64,000 nucleotides of DNA from Octopus sinensis (Eukaryota), in assembly GCF_006345805.1 (NCBI RefSeq), contig NC_043004.1, positions 91,450,001 through 91,514,000 on the forward strand. The letters run 5' to 3'. The translations under genes were made by a program, and so were the position numbers. Numbering within the stretch: position 1 is the stretch's first letter; every line of letters starts with the position of its first letter. Positions 1 to 14,342 of this stretch are shown here, in pieces. The notes beneath the pieces were generated by a model. That model saw nothing but the letters and a program-made list of their open reading frames with translations. It was not told the origin of the DNA and searched no databases.

Positions 1-38
<38 letters not shown>

Positions 39-65
39 TCACTCACTCACTCACTCACTCACACA

Positions 66-96
<31 letters not shown>

Positions 97-101
97 CACA
101 A
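1..101. repeat. (AC)n/(ACTC)n microsatellite
   Basis: Visible directly in the sequence. Confidence 0.95.
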
Positions 102-324
102 CAATGTAGCTACACATGTATTTTTGGTGCATTTCTTTCCCTTCTTCAGATTTTTTCCCTTTCTCCTTTCCGACAAAGAGCTACGCATGAAACATCAAAC
201 TCTCTTTTCACCAAGCATCAAGCTAATACATCCCTTGTGCCCTCCCTCTAGTTGTCTGTTAATTTTATTATATATTTATTTATTTGAAATGATTGCTTTT
301 TTTTTTTTGGGGGAATACCAACAA

Positions 325-1337
325 CAACAAGAGCACTCAGAGAATGGAAACCTCTGCCAAAGCAACACCAACGTCCTCTCAATGATTAGCCAGAGATGAT
401 TTTTAAAATGAGAATATCTGAAATAAACTCGACTGCTCTCACAAATGAGAATACTAAGAATGAACCTGACCGCCCTCAAAAGTTAAGTAAAAAAAACAGA
501 AAAATAATCCAGAATCCTTGTCTGGTACCTGACTCAATGTCAAGGTGGGTGTGTGGGCCATGTTTGTAATGCTGTGCGTGGGTCGTCTGCAGTGGGAACA
601 GGGACAGTTCTCTCTATGAAGGCCCTTTTTAGTCTATCCACTGATGTGTCTTTATGACCATTAAAGTCTACAGTGAAAATTTTATCCATGCATGAATGAA
701 TATGGAAAGAACCAGTGCTGTTAACGGAGGTTGAACAACATCATTGCACACAAAAACGTGAGTCCAAGAAGTAAAGCTTCCTTCAAGAGCTAGAAATGCA
801 ATTGTCAAGTAGGTAAGAGGTTTTAAGCAAGAGTGATATACTAAAAATTGGTAAAACTAAAAATTGTTGAGGATAAATTAAATTCATTACTGTTATTAAA
901 TATGTTAGTGGTTATTTAATTTCTGAATGGTTTTGCTGCCTTTTGTTTATGTAGTTTGATTTCTTTATCCATCAATTTCTACTAAGATTGAGACGCGAGT
1001 AAAATTAATAATAGAGAAGTGAAATTAAACTTTGGAAACAGCCATAACTTATGTTGAAACCATGAGTGTGCTGTCAAGGGAAATAATCAGAGAAAGACTT
1101 GAAGGTCAACTTAAGACCATAATTCTTCATGTAAAGTAAATATAATGAATAATCCAGAATGCTTGTCCAGTACCGAATTGATCCCAAAACCTAATCAGTT
1201 CATGCCAGTCACAAGGCCAAACATCTTTGGAAGTTTCATCCAAATTTATCTAGTGGGTTCTTGAGATATTTTGCCCACAGACAAACAAACAAGCACAACT
1301 GAAAATAATACCTCTGCCTTTTCTAAGGGGGAGGTAA
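325..1337 (+). mobile_element. Non-autonomous Helentron/HINE-like element, interrupted at about 540-1145
   Basis: AACCTCTGCC near both ends (~350 and ~1309), terminal stem-loop acctc...gaggt at 1310-1335, internal (ACAA)n. aataatccagaat.cttgtc is duplicated at ~503 and ~1149 around an inserted block. Family assignment is from memory. Confidence 0.4.
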
Positions 1338-1339
1338 GA

Positions 1340-1372
1340 GTAATAATATTAATGATAATAATAATAATAAAG

Positions 1373-1419
<47 letters not shown>

Positions 1420-1672
1420 GACAATGGTTTCAAATTTCAGTACAGGGCCAGCAATTTTGAGTGAGGGGATAAGTTGATTACCACAACCCCAGTGTTCAAC
1501 TGGTACTTAATTTATCGGCCCCGAAAGGATGAAGGGAAAAAACAGACCCTGGCACAATTTGAACTTAGAACCTAAAGAAGGATGAAATTCTGCTACGCAT
1601 TTTGCATGCTAACAATTCTGCTAGCACGCCACTCTAATAATAATAGCAATAATAATAATAACAATAATAATG

Positions 1673-1714
<42 letters not shown>

Positions 1715-1741
1715 GCAATAATAATAATAACAATAATAATG

Positions 1742-1791
<50 letters not shown>

Positions 1792-1956
1792 GATGATGGA
1801 TTCTCCTGTCGAAAACGATGTATGACTGTTCAGCATTTTGCCGATCAATCTGCATAAATGATTTGTTTATAGTGGTTAAATGTTCATGCTGCACAATAAT
1901 AAGACTACTACTACTACTACTACTGCTACTGCTGCTGCTACTACTACTACTACTTA

Positions 1957-1994
<38 letters not shown>

Positions 1995-2052
1995 ACTACT
2001 ACTACTACTACTACTACTGCTACTGCTGCTGCTGCTGCTGCTGCTACTACTA

Positions 2053-2084
<32 letters not shown>

Positions 2085-2120
2085 ACTACTACTACTACTA
2101 CTAATAATAATAATAATAAT
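1340..2120. repeat. (AAT)n and (CTA/CTG)n trinucleotide microsatellites around a decayed SINE-E copy (~1425-1630, minus)
   Basis: Visible repeats; source of the poly-N/I/Y/T ORFs. Confidence 0.9.
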
Positions 2121-3249
2121 GTATGTATGTATACACGTTATCGTAATATTATTTAATGGATCCTATTCACGTGTGTAACTTCAAGCTACAATGGAGTGAA
2201 CTGTTAAACTATAAATACAAACTCTATGTCACGTATTTAGTGTTCTTTAGAGTTGTTTTCCATCATTTGCATATATATGTGTGCATGCACGCACATGTGT
2301 GTGTGTGTGTGTGTGTGTGTGCATATAGCATGTATAATGCTTTGAAAGAAACAAATAATCTGCTAATCTCTAAGGCTTTCTGAGATAAAACAATACACAG
2401 TTGCATGTATATCACTCGTGTTTTTCATAGCAACTTACACAAACACACACATACACATTTAAATGTATACACATGTAAGCTTTATATATATATATATATG
2501 AGCTTCATTTATGAGTTGATATTTGGCAGCTGTGTTTCCTCTTATGTGAGCAAATCATTAAATTGGTGATCAAGTTTCAAAACAGACAACAATAAGCTAA
2601 GATAAATAAATATCACACACACACATACACCAGTGAAAACCCCTTTGCAATGATTAATCTGGAATACCGAATGTTTTATGTATAAACCACATTGAACATA
2701 GGAGGTAACTAGACAGAGAGGGTGAAAGACACACCTCTATGAAAGGCCAACAGCTTTACTAGATAGACTGCCGATTATCTGATTATTTTTGAACCACCCT
2801 AAAGAGCATAGGCAGAACATCATCCATGCTGTATGAAATTATCTAATTTACTATTGTGTCTGAAAGAAGCTAGTGTGTGTTCTTTTTTTTCGAAGAGGAG
2901 AGAGAGATGGGGGATGCAATGTGGGATGGCTTGGTGGCTACAGTATGAAAAAGTTTTTTAAGAGACGGGGAGTCCATATCAAGTGCCTGGCACTGGTGCA
3001 ATGATGAGTCTATGGCCACACATCTTATAACTAGGTAGTTATATAGGCATGTTAGTAGGTGTACTGACAGGCAAAAGTGTGTGGTCAAGAAGTTTCCTTC
3101 ACAGCTACATGCTTCTGCTTGATCCTCACTATTTAGTAGCTGTCTTTAACTATAGAGATTGGTAGACCTTGGGTCGACTAGTATCTGCGAGTGGAATCTT
3201 TGTAGACAGAAATTGTGCAAAAGTCTGTTGTATACATATATACACACAC

Positions 3250-3294
<45 letters not shown>

Positions 3295-3301
3295 TATAGA
3301 C

Positions 3302-3352
<51 letters not shown>

Positions 3353-3367
3353 CATATATATATATAT

Positions 3368-3643
3368 AGGAGTGGCTGTGTGGTAAGTAGCTTGCTTACC
3401 AACCGCATGTATATATATATATGTGTATGTGTGTGTATATGTTTGTGTGTCCGTGTTTGTACCTCCCAGCATCACTTGACAACTGATGCTGGTGTGTTTA
3501 TGTCCCTGTAAACTTAGCGGTTTGGCACAAAAGACTGATAGAATAAGTACTAGGCTTACAAAGAATAAGTCCTGGGGTTGATTTACTTGACAGTGCTCGA
3601 GCATGGCTGCAGTCAAGTGACTGAAACAAATAAAAGAATAAAG
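3368..3643 (+). mobile_element. SINE family A, internally deleted
   Basis: Head aggagtggctgtgtggtaagtagcttgc and tail gcatggctgcagtcaagtgactgaaacaa match the full copies at 21760 and 49108. Confidence 0.85.
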
Positions 3644-3662
3644 ATATATATATATATATGTA

Positions 3663-3703
<41 letters not shown>

Positions 3704-3837
3704 TTCCATAATAGCTACCTCTGAAGAGTACAGGGTTACATAATCAGACTGTTACCTAACATTCTGTGGAACCTCTGGTTCAAAACTAATTGGTAAGATT
3801 GGCCATAATGGATATATAATACTGCACATTTTGATTA

Positions 3838-3869
<32 letters not shown>

Positions 3870-3995
3870 ATGTATATATAATGTTTAATCATATCAAAGG
3901 GAAATGGAATTTAATTAAAATTAAAATATTTAATCAAAATTTACATTTCCAGTGGTCTAACGTGCAAAAAAAATTAGTCAAGAAGACTATATATT

Positions 3996-4211
3996 AGTCA
4001 TACGATATAGTGCATATTTATACACATAAGGAATCCACTTTACGTGAAATTCAACACATTAGAAAGAACAGCTAGGTTCTTTCCAAATTTATTCCCGTCG
4101 AATTTTATCCGTTATTTTTGTGGTTTACAGAACCTAGCTGTTCTTTCTAATGTGTTGAATTTCACGTAAAGTGGATTCTTTATGTGTGTAAATATGCACT
4201 ATATCGTATGA

Positions 4212-4213
<2 letters not shown>
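3996..4213. repeat. Fold-back inverted repeat, 85-bp arms, 48-bp spacer
   Basis: 3996-4080 is the reverse complement of 4129-4213 with about 2 mismatches; (TA)n follows. Confidence 0.9.
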
Positions 4214-4254
<41 letters not shown>

Positions 4255-4412
4255 GCATACACACACATTTGTATGTATACATATGCATTCCCACACAACA
4301 CACACATGAAACTAGGCTTCAAAGAATAAATCCTGGGGTTGATTTGTTTGACTAAAGGCAGTGCTCCAGCATAGCCACAGTCACATGACTGAAACAAGCA
4401 AAAGAACAAAAA

Positions 4413-4456
4413 ACTATGCTATTTTAATCCTGAGCAATGCTGGGTATCTCTGCTAG
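4413..4456 (+). mobile_element. Helitron-like 3' terminus fused to a SINE-A tail
   Basis: Hairpin-like cctgagcaatgctggg about 8 nt upstream of CTAG followed by T; near-identical copy at 56770-56813. Confidence 0.55.
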
Positions 4457-4739
4457 TATATACGAAAATTAAATTCACTTCTATCATCATTTTTGTTACA
4501 TTACAAGTATAAAATCTTGTCAAAAATAAAATATATGAAGGAAAAAAAATGATAAAATAATGGGAAGTTGAGTGATGTGAAATGGCCCCATCAGGAATTG
4601 AACCAGTGATGGCAGAGATCATTTCTATCGAGGTCATTGCTTCATCATTATGGCCCCTCAAAAGGTGTATGTACACTGCGACAGAATTGGTTAAATTGAA
4701 ATAGCAGTTATCATAAAGTGCTTAAGGACCGATGGAAGA

Positions 4740-6835
<2,096 letters not shown>

Positions 6836-7596
6836 CATACATATATACATACATACCTACATGCATTCATACACACACATTATATATATTTATACATAGC
6901 ATGAACATTTGTATGTGTATGTGTATATGTGTGTTTGTTTGTGTGTGTATATATATATATATATGTGTGTGTGTGAATTTATGTACATATACATACATAC
7001 ATATATATATATATAAATTTATGTATATATGTATGTGTGTGTTTGTTTATATAGAAGCATATACAGATACATGCATGTATGAATCTATACGCATATATAT
7101 AGTTATGTATATGCACCTATACATATATATAGAAATACACACACACACACATATAATATAGATGAAATAGAGAATTAAAAAGCTGAAAGAAAATCAGATT
7201 TTAGTGTGTAAAAGAGAAGACTGCAAAGGTATGTGCATGTGCTGTGCATGGAGGATAGCAGTCGTGCTTCCCCATGAGCGACTGGTAAGTGGTACAATTT
7301 CTTTAGTGTTGGTACTCCAAAAATACACCCAGCATACACAGTAAAGTGACTGGCAGATGTTCAGAGAATGCAGAGGGTTTAGTTTTATTCAACCTCTCTA
7401 GATTTGGTGCATTATGAAATACATGCAGTACATTCTGTAAAGTAGTTGGTGGTAGCAAAGACATCTGTTCAAAGAAATCAAACCAAATGAATTGTACAAG
7501 CATTAGTCTATGGAAGCAGCAGTGTCTCCCAATAAGAAATGACCTGGAGTGCAAGGAACCATCCAACCCATGCCAGCATAGAAAGTGGACATAAAA

Positions 7597-7627
<31 letters not shown>

Positions 7628-7657
7628 CTGATCAATCAGTCAGTTGGTCTATCTGCG

Positions 7658-7692
<35 letters not shown>

Positions 7693-7734
7693 AATATTTA
7701 TAAATGCACACACACACACATATATATATATATA

Positions 7735-7937
7735 GTTAATCTAAACATGAAAACACAAAGGGAAAACACAATGCGAGGACGTGGAACAAGTATAGTGTTA
7801 TTGGATGCTCAGGAAAGGAAAGAAAGAAGGAGGATTTAACGTTTCGAGCGGAGCTCTTCGTCAGAAACATAGGAAAAGGAAAAATCCAAGGAAGGGAAGA
7901 CGGAGGAAAAAAATCGCCAACGATACACACGCGGTCA
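7735..7937 (-). mobile_element. Short PLE-terminal-repeat-like element (family H1)
   Basis: Homologous copies at ~19594-19700 and ~23008-23181; abuts (TA)n; contains a hammerhead motif. Confidence 0.7.
7834..7868 (-). ncRNA. Minimal type I hammerhead ribozyme motif
   Basis: Minus strand: GUUU-CUGACGA-A-GAGC(UCC)GCUC-GAAAC-GUU-AAAU; palindromic AACGUU as stem III. Confidence 0.75.
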
Positions 7938-8273
7938 CAAAAAAAAACCCAGCAAAAGATGAAGACAGGTGGTGTAGACAAGAAACAGATGTAATAGTAT
8001 AACTTTTTTTCCTCATAACTTCTAGAGAAACAAAGTCGGTTAACAGATCAGTGCCAGGCAAAATGCTTAATAATATTCCATCTGTCTTCACATTCTGTAT
8101 TCAGATTCCACCAAGGTGGACTTTATCCTTCATCCCTTTGGGGGTCGATAGAATAAGTATCAGTTGAGCACTGGGGTTTATGTAGTCAACTTATATCACC
8201 CCCAAAACTGCTGGCCTTGTGCCAAAATTTGAAACCAATATCAATAAGCAATGATGAATAAATGAAGAATATT

Positions 8274-8613
8274 CGGAGACCCCCTTCGGACACGACACAG
8301 ACCATGGGATTGCACCTAGAAAGTTACCCTCCTAGACACAAGTCCGGGCGAGGTTGTTTATGGAAGACCAGCAGTCGCCCATGCATACCAGCCTCCCCTC
8401 TCCACGCCACCAGAGTTATCCAAGGGAAAGACAAAGGTTGATACAGATTGGCATCTGTGACGTCGCAACTCATTTCTACAGCTGAGTGAACTGGAGCAAC
8501 GTGAAATAAAGTGTCTTGCTCAAGAACACAACACGCAGCCTGGTCCAAGATTCGAGCTCACAACCCCACGATCGTAAGCTCGACGCTCTAACCACTGAGC
8601 CATGCGCCTTCAC
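8274..8613 (-). mobile_element. tRNA-derived SINE family C, full length
   Basis: A box TGGCTCAGTGG, B-box-like GCTCGAATC, CORE-like ttcttgagcaagacacttt; 14-bp TSD aaatgaagaatatt at 8260-8273 and 8614-8627. Confidence 0.9.
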
Positions 8614-8939
8614 AAATGAAGAATATTAACTGAAAACAATGAAGCATACATGTAAATAGAAGCTGTAGTTATATTCGAATGTACAGTGTTTGACAAGTAG
8701 AAATCCAGATGACACGTTACTTGTGTTTGTGCATGTATATAAATTGTAGTCCAGTCAGGTAAATTTTGTTCTGGTTAAGGCCAATATAAAATAGGTTACT
8801 GTATATTTATTGCCCGTGTATTACCAGAAGCTCTTAATAAGCATGTATTTTTAAAAATTATATCAAAGACATATAGGTTCAGCTACCATTGCACACTCCA
8901 ACACATGTCAGCATGGTAGATGGGCATTAGAGGAAACAA

Positions 8940-9595
8940 AGTAATAGTATAACTTTGTTTTGCCTCATAACTTCTAGAAAAATGTATGTTTCGTAATGAA
9001 ATTTTCTACAAATACGCTCTAGATAGTGTAGAATTTGATTATTTTGGAATTTGTGAAAAGTATTTTCCATGGATGAAGAGAAGAATTTTGGAAAATTTAC
9101 ATGAGTCAGATTTGTTTTTTTATAACTTTCAAAAAAATGGATATTTTTTTAATAAAATTTTCTACCAATACCTTTCAGAGTGTATAGATTACGATTATTT
9201 TGGAATTTGAAATGAAAAATGATCGGTGGGCTCACACACAGACATATTGAGACACATCACATATATCTAGAACAAGAAACTTCAAATTCTGGAAAAAATT
9301 GTGATATGCATCAGTATGTATGTGTGCATGCCTGCTGTTTTTCTTTTCACATCTAATTCCAATTTATTGTAATTTACACACTCTGAAAGTTATTTGTAGA
9401 AAATTTCATTTAAAAATACATCCATTTTTTCCAAAAGATATGAAGAAACAAAACCAACTCGTGTAAATTTTCTGAAAACTCCTCCTTCCCCCAGAAAACT
9501 TTTTTCACAACAGATTCCAATATAATCAGAATCTACACCATCTGAAGCACATTTGTAAAAACTTTCATTAAAAAATATCCATTTTTCTGAATAAT
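8940..9595. repeat. Degenerate fold-back element built from ~150-bp tandem subunits
   Basis: aatgaaattttctacaaata...gattattttggaatttg occurs twice on plus (8995-9210) and twice inverted (9360-9590). Confidence 0.6.
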
Positions 9596-10019
9596 GTGCA
9601 GAAACAAAGCTGGAGGGGACCACACTTATGCAGTTATGCCTATTACTTAAACAATGGTAAATATACATTTACTATTTTTCTTTTCAGCGTAATACTAAGA
9701 TTACATTGCCATGAAATATCTACATATTGGCTTGTTTCACTTCACTTTCATTTTGTATGTAACAATATTAGATTATACAACTGCATGTTATATATAAACA
9801 AACACTACACTTCTTTCATTTGGTTGGCATCAAAAGGCTGATAATAATGTGAATGAGATTGTCTCAATTTACCACTCACATAAACGTATGTATGTATGTA
9901 TGTATATATATGTTTGTGTGTGTATATACATTCACATGCCTACGTATAAATAATGGCTGTCCATTTTTATCTGTAGCGTACCATCACTGACTGTTAAATG
10001 GAAAGTATTTTGTAATACT

Positions 10020-10162
10020 GATGGGCACATGGACAACTTTGACATTTGTAAGGCCTGCCAAAATAAATGTTAGAGCCTAGCAGGTTTAACAAGCCACTGT
10101 TGAAAGAATGATTCTTTTAATAGCCAATGATGGTATTCCTCAGGCACGAGTGGACAGCAATC
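10020..10162 (+). mobile_element. Decayed 3' end of RTE family 2
   Basis: Translates as ICKACQNKC*SLAGLTSH; tail tggtattcctcaggcacgagtggacagcaatc matches 56391-56422. Confidence 0.55.
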
Positions 10163-10634
10163 AATAGGTCTGCAAGCCTCGATACATGTGCTGCATGTTA
10201 TGCAGTCATTTGCCATGTACAGAGTGAAAATCAACTTTTTCTCTGAAATGATGACGTCATCAGTGGCTAAGTGAACACAACATGGAAAAATGACAATAAC
10301 AATGATGATGACAACATTGAGGATGATGATTATGATGATAATGATGATGATGGTAATTAAGGAAAACGAGATAGATTAATTGTGAACTGAAAAAAAATCG
10401 CTTGGGGACAGAACAAATTATCCTGTCTTTATGAACTTCGAATTCATCTCTTGTTGAAATCAACTCATTCTATCAATTCTTTAGGGATCAATGAAATAAG
10501 AGAAACAGCTTAGGTCTGTGGATTGGCAGAATTGTTAGGACATAAAATGAGATGCCTTATGATATTTGTTCTAGCCCTTAACATTCTGAGTTCCTCAGTG
10601 ATAGACTTAATCCTTTGCTTGGTATAACATCACC

Positions 10635-11020
10635 GTGGAGGCGCAATGGCCCAGTGGTTAGGGCAGCGGACTCGCGGTCGTAGGATTGCGGTTTCGATTC
10701 CCAGACTGGGCATTGTGAGTGTTTATTGAGTGAAAACACCTAAAGCTCCACGAGGCTCCGGCAGGGATGGTGGTGATCCCTGTTGTACTCTTTCACCACA
10801 ACTTTCTCTCACTCTTACTTCCTGTTTCTGTTGTACCTGTAATTCAAAGTGCCGGCCTTGTCACTCTCTGTGTCACGCTGAATATCCCCGAGAACTACGT
10901 TAAGGGTACACGTGTCTGTGGAGTGCTCAGCCACTTACACGTTAACTTCACGAGCAGGCTGTTCCGTTGATCGGATCAACCGGAACCCTCGTCGTCGTAA
11001 CCGACGGAGTGCTTCCATCC
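10635..11020 (+). mobile_element. tRNA-derived SINE family B, full length
   Basis: A box TGGCCCAGTGG, B-box-like GTTTCGATTCC; 11-bp TSD ataacatcacc at 10624-10634 and 11021-11031. Confidence 0.9.
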
Positions 11021-11477
11021 ATAACATCACCACCTAGGGGCTCTAGGGGTCTACACAGTTGTGAACATTTCAGACCAGGTCTCTGGTTTGAAGATATTTT
11101 ATCCTTTCCCCCCACTAGTGTTGGAAACTTTGAAAAAATAGCAATGCTACTCTTTCCAAACTCACTAATTGGTAAAAGAAAAAAAAAATAATGAAAGACA
11201 GATCGGCAAGACACATAGCTAAACAGACACTGAGGCACATCGATAGTTAACTAGCTATTCTTTATCATTATCATTGTTTGATATTGATGTTCCATGCTAG
11301 CATGGGCTACATGGTTTGACAGAATCTGATGGATCCAAGTGTCTACTCCAGTGTCTGCTTTGACATGGTTTGTTTGTTAGTCAGCTCGTATGTATACATG
11401 TATGCATGTATGAATGTATATATGTGTGTGTGTGTGAGTGTGTGTATGTGTGTGTGTGTGTGTGTGTATGCAGAAGA

Positions 11478-11865
11478 CATGGCTGTGTGGTTAATAAATT
11501 CACTTTGCAGCCACATGCTTTGTGTTTCGGTCTCTCTACATGGCACTTGTGGTGTCTTGTGCAATAGTTCCAGGCCAACCAATGCCATATAACAGAATTT
11601 GCTTCATGAAAATTGCAGAAAGTTGTTCTGGATATGTGCATGTGTGTGTGTGTGTATGTTTGTATATATTTGTCTCCCTCCCAATATCGCTTGAAAACCA
11701 ATGCTGGTGTGTTTATGTCCCCATTACTTAGCAGTTCAGCAAAAGAAACCAATAGAATAAGTACTAGGCTTACAAAGAATAAGTCCTGGGTTCGATTTGT
11801 TTGACCAAAGGCAGTGCTCCAGCATGGCCACAGTCAAACGACTGAAACAAATAAAAGAATAAAAC
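11478..11865 (+). mobile_element. SINE family A, diverged
   Basis: Recognisable head, body and tail. Confidence 0.75.
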
Positions 11866-11951
11866 AATGCAAAATATCTGCCCTTGTTGGGTGATTTTAA
11901 ACAAGTAAACATATAGGGCATTTAGAGAACTTGAGCTAACCTGCATGTCAA

Positions 11952-13095
11952 TTGTTTAGTAGGGGTGGGTGCACGGAAAGTGTAGCTGTTAGAATAAGAA
12001 TAACCTGGGCAAAGTTCAGAGAACTCTTACCTACGCTGGTGACAAAGGGCCTCTCGCTCAGGGTAAAAGGTAGACTGTATGACGCATGTGTACGAACAGC
12101 CATGCTACATGGCAGTGAAACATGGGTTGTGACTGCTGAGGACATGCGTAAGCTTGCAAGGAATGAAGCCAGTATGCTCTGCTGGATGTGTAATGTCAGT
12201 GTGCATACTCGTCAGAGTGTAAGTACCTTGAGAGAAAAGTTGGACCTAGGAAGCATCAGATGTGGTGTGCAAGAGAGACGACTGCACTGGTATGGTCATG
12301 TGGCGAGAATGGATGAGGATAGCTGTGTGAAAAAGTGCCACACCCTAGCAGTTGAGGAAACCTGTGGAAGAGGTAGACCCAGGAAGACCTGGGATGAGGT
12401 GGTGAAGCACGACCTTCAAACATTAGGCCTCACTGAAGCAATGACTAGTGACCGAGACCTTTGGAAATATGCTGTGCTTGAGAAGACCTGGCAAGCCAAG
12501 CTAGACCATAACCCGTGGCCTATGCCAGGGGTGTAACCAGCCCACTTATGTGTACCTTTCCTTCATTGGACACTAAACTCTGCTTGCAAAGACCTGTTGA
12601 GGCAAGTGAAATCAAAATCGAAATCAAATTTGATGACTGGCATCCATGCTAGTGTAGTGCTAAGAGCACCATCCAAGCGTGATCGTTGCGAAAGCAGCTG
12701 ACAGGGTTTCTGTGCTGGTGGCATGTAAAAAGTACCATTTGAGCGTGATCAATACCAGCATCGCCTTTCTGGCGCTTGTGCTGGTGGCACGTGAAAAAAC
12801 ATTTGAGCGAGGTTGTTGCTAGTGCCGCTGGACTAGCTTCTGTGCAGGTGGCATGTAAAAAACAACATTCGAGTGTGGCCATTACCAGTACTGCCTGACT
12901 GGCCCTCGTGACGGTGGCACGTAAAAGCACCCACTACACTCTTGGAGTGGTTGGCGTTAAGAAGGGCATCCAGCTGTAGAAACTCTGCAAGATCAGATTG
13001 GAGCCTAGTACAGCCATCTGGTTTGCCAGTCCTCAGTCAAATTGTCCAACCCATACCAGCATGGAAAGCGGATGTTAAACAATGATGATGATGAT
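11952..13095 (+). mobile_element. 5'-truncated RTE-clade LINE (family 1): ORF C-terminus, tandem-repeat 3' UTR, (ATG)n tail
   Basis: ORF 11952-12536 has RTE post-RT motifs (KGRLYDACVRTAMLHGSETW, RRLHWYGHVARM, GRGRPRKTW, DRDLWK); UTR has repeated ggtggcacgtaaaa units. Confidence 0.92.
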
Positions 13096-13514
13096 ACATA
13101 CATGTATGTGCAAAGATATGTATACATATGCATATATGCATATATACATATATGCATATATACATATATAAAGATAATTTTGACCTCCAGCTTAATGTGG
13201 AGCTTGTGTTCAAACAGAATATTGCATTATTTACCTTGAGAAGATCTCTCATAAAGGCTTACAGTGCATAAAAGCACACACGATTACATAGATGAATGAT
13301 GAGAATCATCTGCTATAACTGCCAGATCACCTAATCTCACTCTGCTATGTGTTCCTCAGTGACCAATGTCCAGTAGCACAATGACAGGCAAATCTCTTGT
13401 CAGTGATATATATGTAGAAACCCAGTGTTTATTCAGGCACTGGTGTTGCAAAATGGACAGTGGGCTTATGAAAAATAATCAACAGCAACAGAAACATAGA
13501 TATATCACCATGAT

Positions 13515-13685
13515 AAATCACTAGCCACTACACATCCTTTATTTTCTCTCCTTGTTTCTTTCTGTGGAAGAGCATAGGCTCAAAACATTAAAGACTTTTT
13601 TCACTTCCCGAGCGTTATACTAATACATCTGTTTGTTGTCTACACCACCTGTCTTTGTCTTTTGTTTTTTCTGTGAATTCACCCT
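13515..13685 (+). mobile_element. Short PLE-terminal-repeat-like element (family H2) with degenerate hammerhead
   Basis: cttt-ctgtgga-a-gagc(atag)gctc-aaaac-att-aaag; inverted homolog at ~33815-33988 and a fragment at ~7951-8002; ends in (TA)n. Confidence 0.55.
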
Positions 13686-13949
13686 ATATATATTCATGTA
13701 CATGTTTCAATCATTTGACTGCTTTGAAGGGTTTTAGTCAAACAAATTGATCCCAGGACTTATTTTCCAAATCTAGTACTTATTGTATCATTCTTTTTTG
13801 CTGAACTGCTAAGTTATGGGCACATAAACACACCAGTTGTCAAGTGGTGATGGGGGTACAGACATAGACATAAAGACACACACACAAAGACACATACATA
13901 CATGAATGCGTGCGTGCGTACATACGTACATACATACATACATGCATAC

Positions 13950-14137
13950 TACTCAAAGGAATTCCAACTCTGTTTTTCACATTTTATTTACAATCTTCTA
14001 ATATTAATATAAAATATAAAATAATATAGTGAAATGAAATGAAATATTTCTTTTTACTATATTATTTTTACATCTCATATTAATATTAGAAGATTATAAA
14101 TAAAATGTGAAAAACAGAGTTGAAATTCCTTTGAGTA
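13950..14137. repeat. AT-rich fold-back inverted repeat, ~80-bp arms
   Basis: tactcaaaggaattccaactctgtttttcacatttt... pairs with ...aaaatgtgaaaaacagagttgaaattcctttgagta. Confidence 0.85.
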
Positions 14138-14295
14138 ATATATTCTTCTATACACAATCATACAAAACCCCTTTGTATATAGATATGTACATAATATATA
14201 TATATCATCATCATCATCATCATCATTTAACGTCCGTTCTCCATGCTAGCATGGGTTGGATGGTTCGACCGGGGATCTGGGAAGCCAGAAGGCTG

Positions 14296-14342
<47 letters not shown>

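Noticed and set aside
150-215. H1-like degenerate hammerhead (ccgacaa-agagc..gaaacatc)
   Set aside because: Probably a decayed relative of H1, but core and stem II are too damaged to call.
2520-2566. Possible minus-strand hammerhead (ttaatga...gaaacacagctgcc)
   Set aside because: Needs several substitutions in the core and has no second copy here.
10637-10712. tRNA-like sequences (also 18298, 40460-40531, 8540-8610)
   Set aside because: No proper acceptor stem; they continue into SINE bodies, some with TSDs, so they are SINE heads rather than tRNA genes.
11952-12536. 194-aa ORF as a host gene
   Set aside because: It is the C-terminus of an RTE ORF with a non-ATG start, 5'-truncated.
12700-12935. 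Regularly spaced ggtggcacgtaaaa repeats resembling a CRISPR array
   Set aside because: Spacers are related to each other, the array lies in a LINE 3' UTR, the context is eukaryotic and there are no cas genes.
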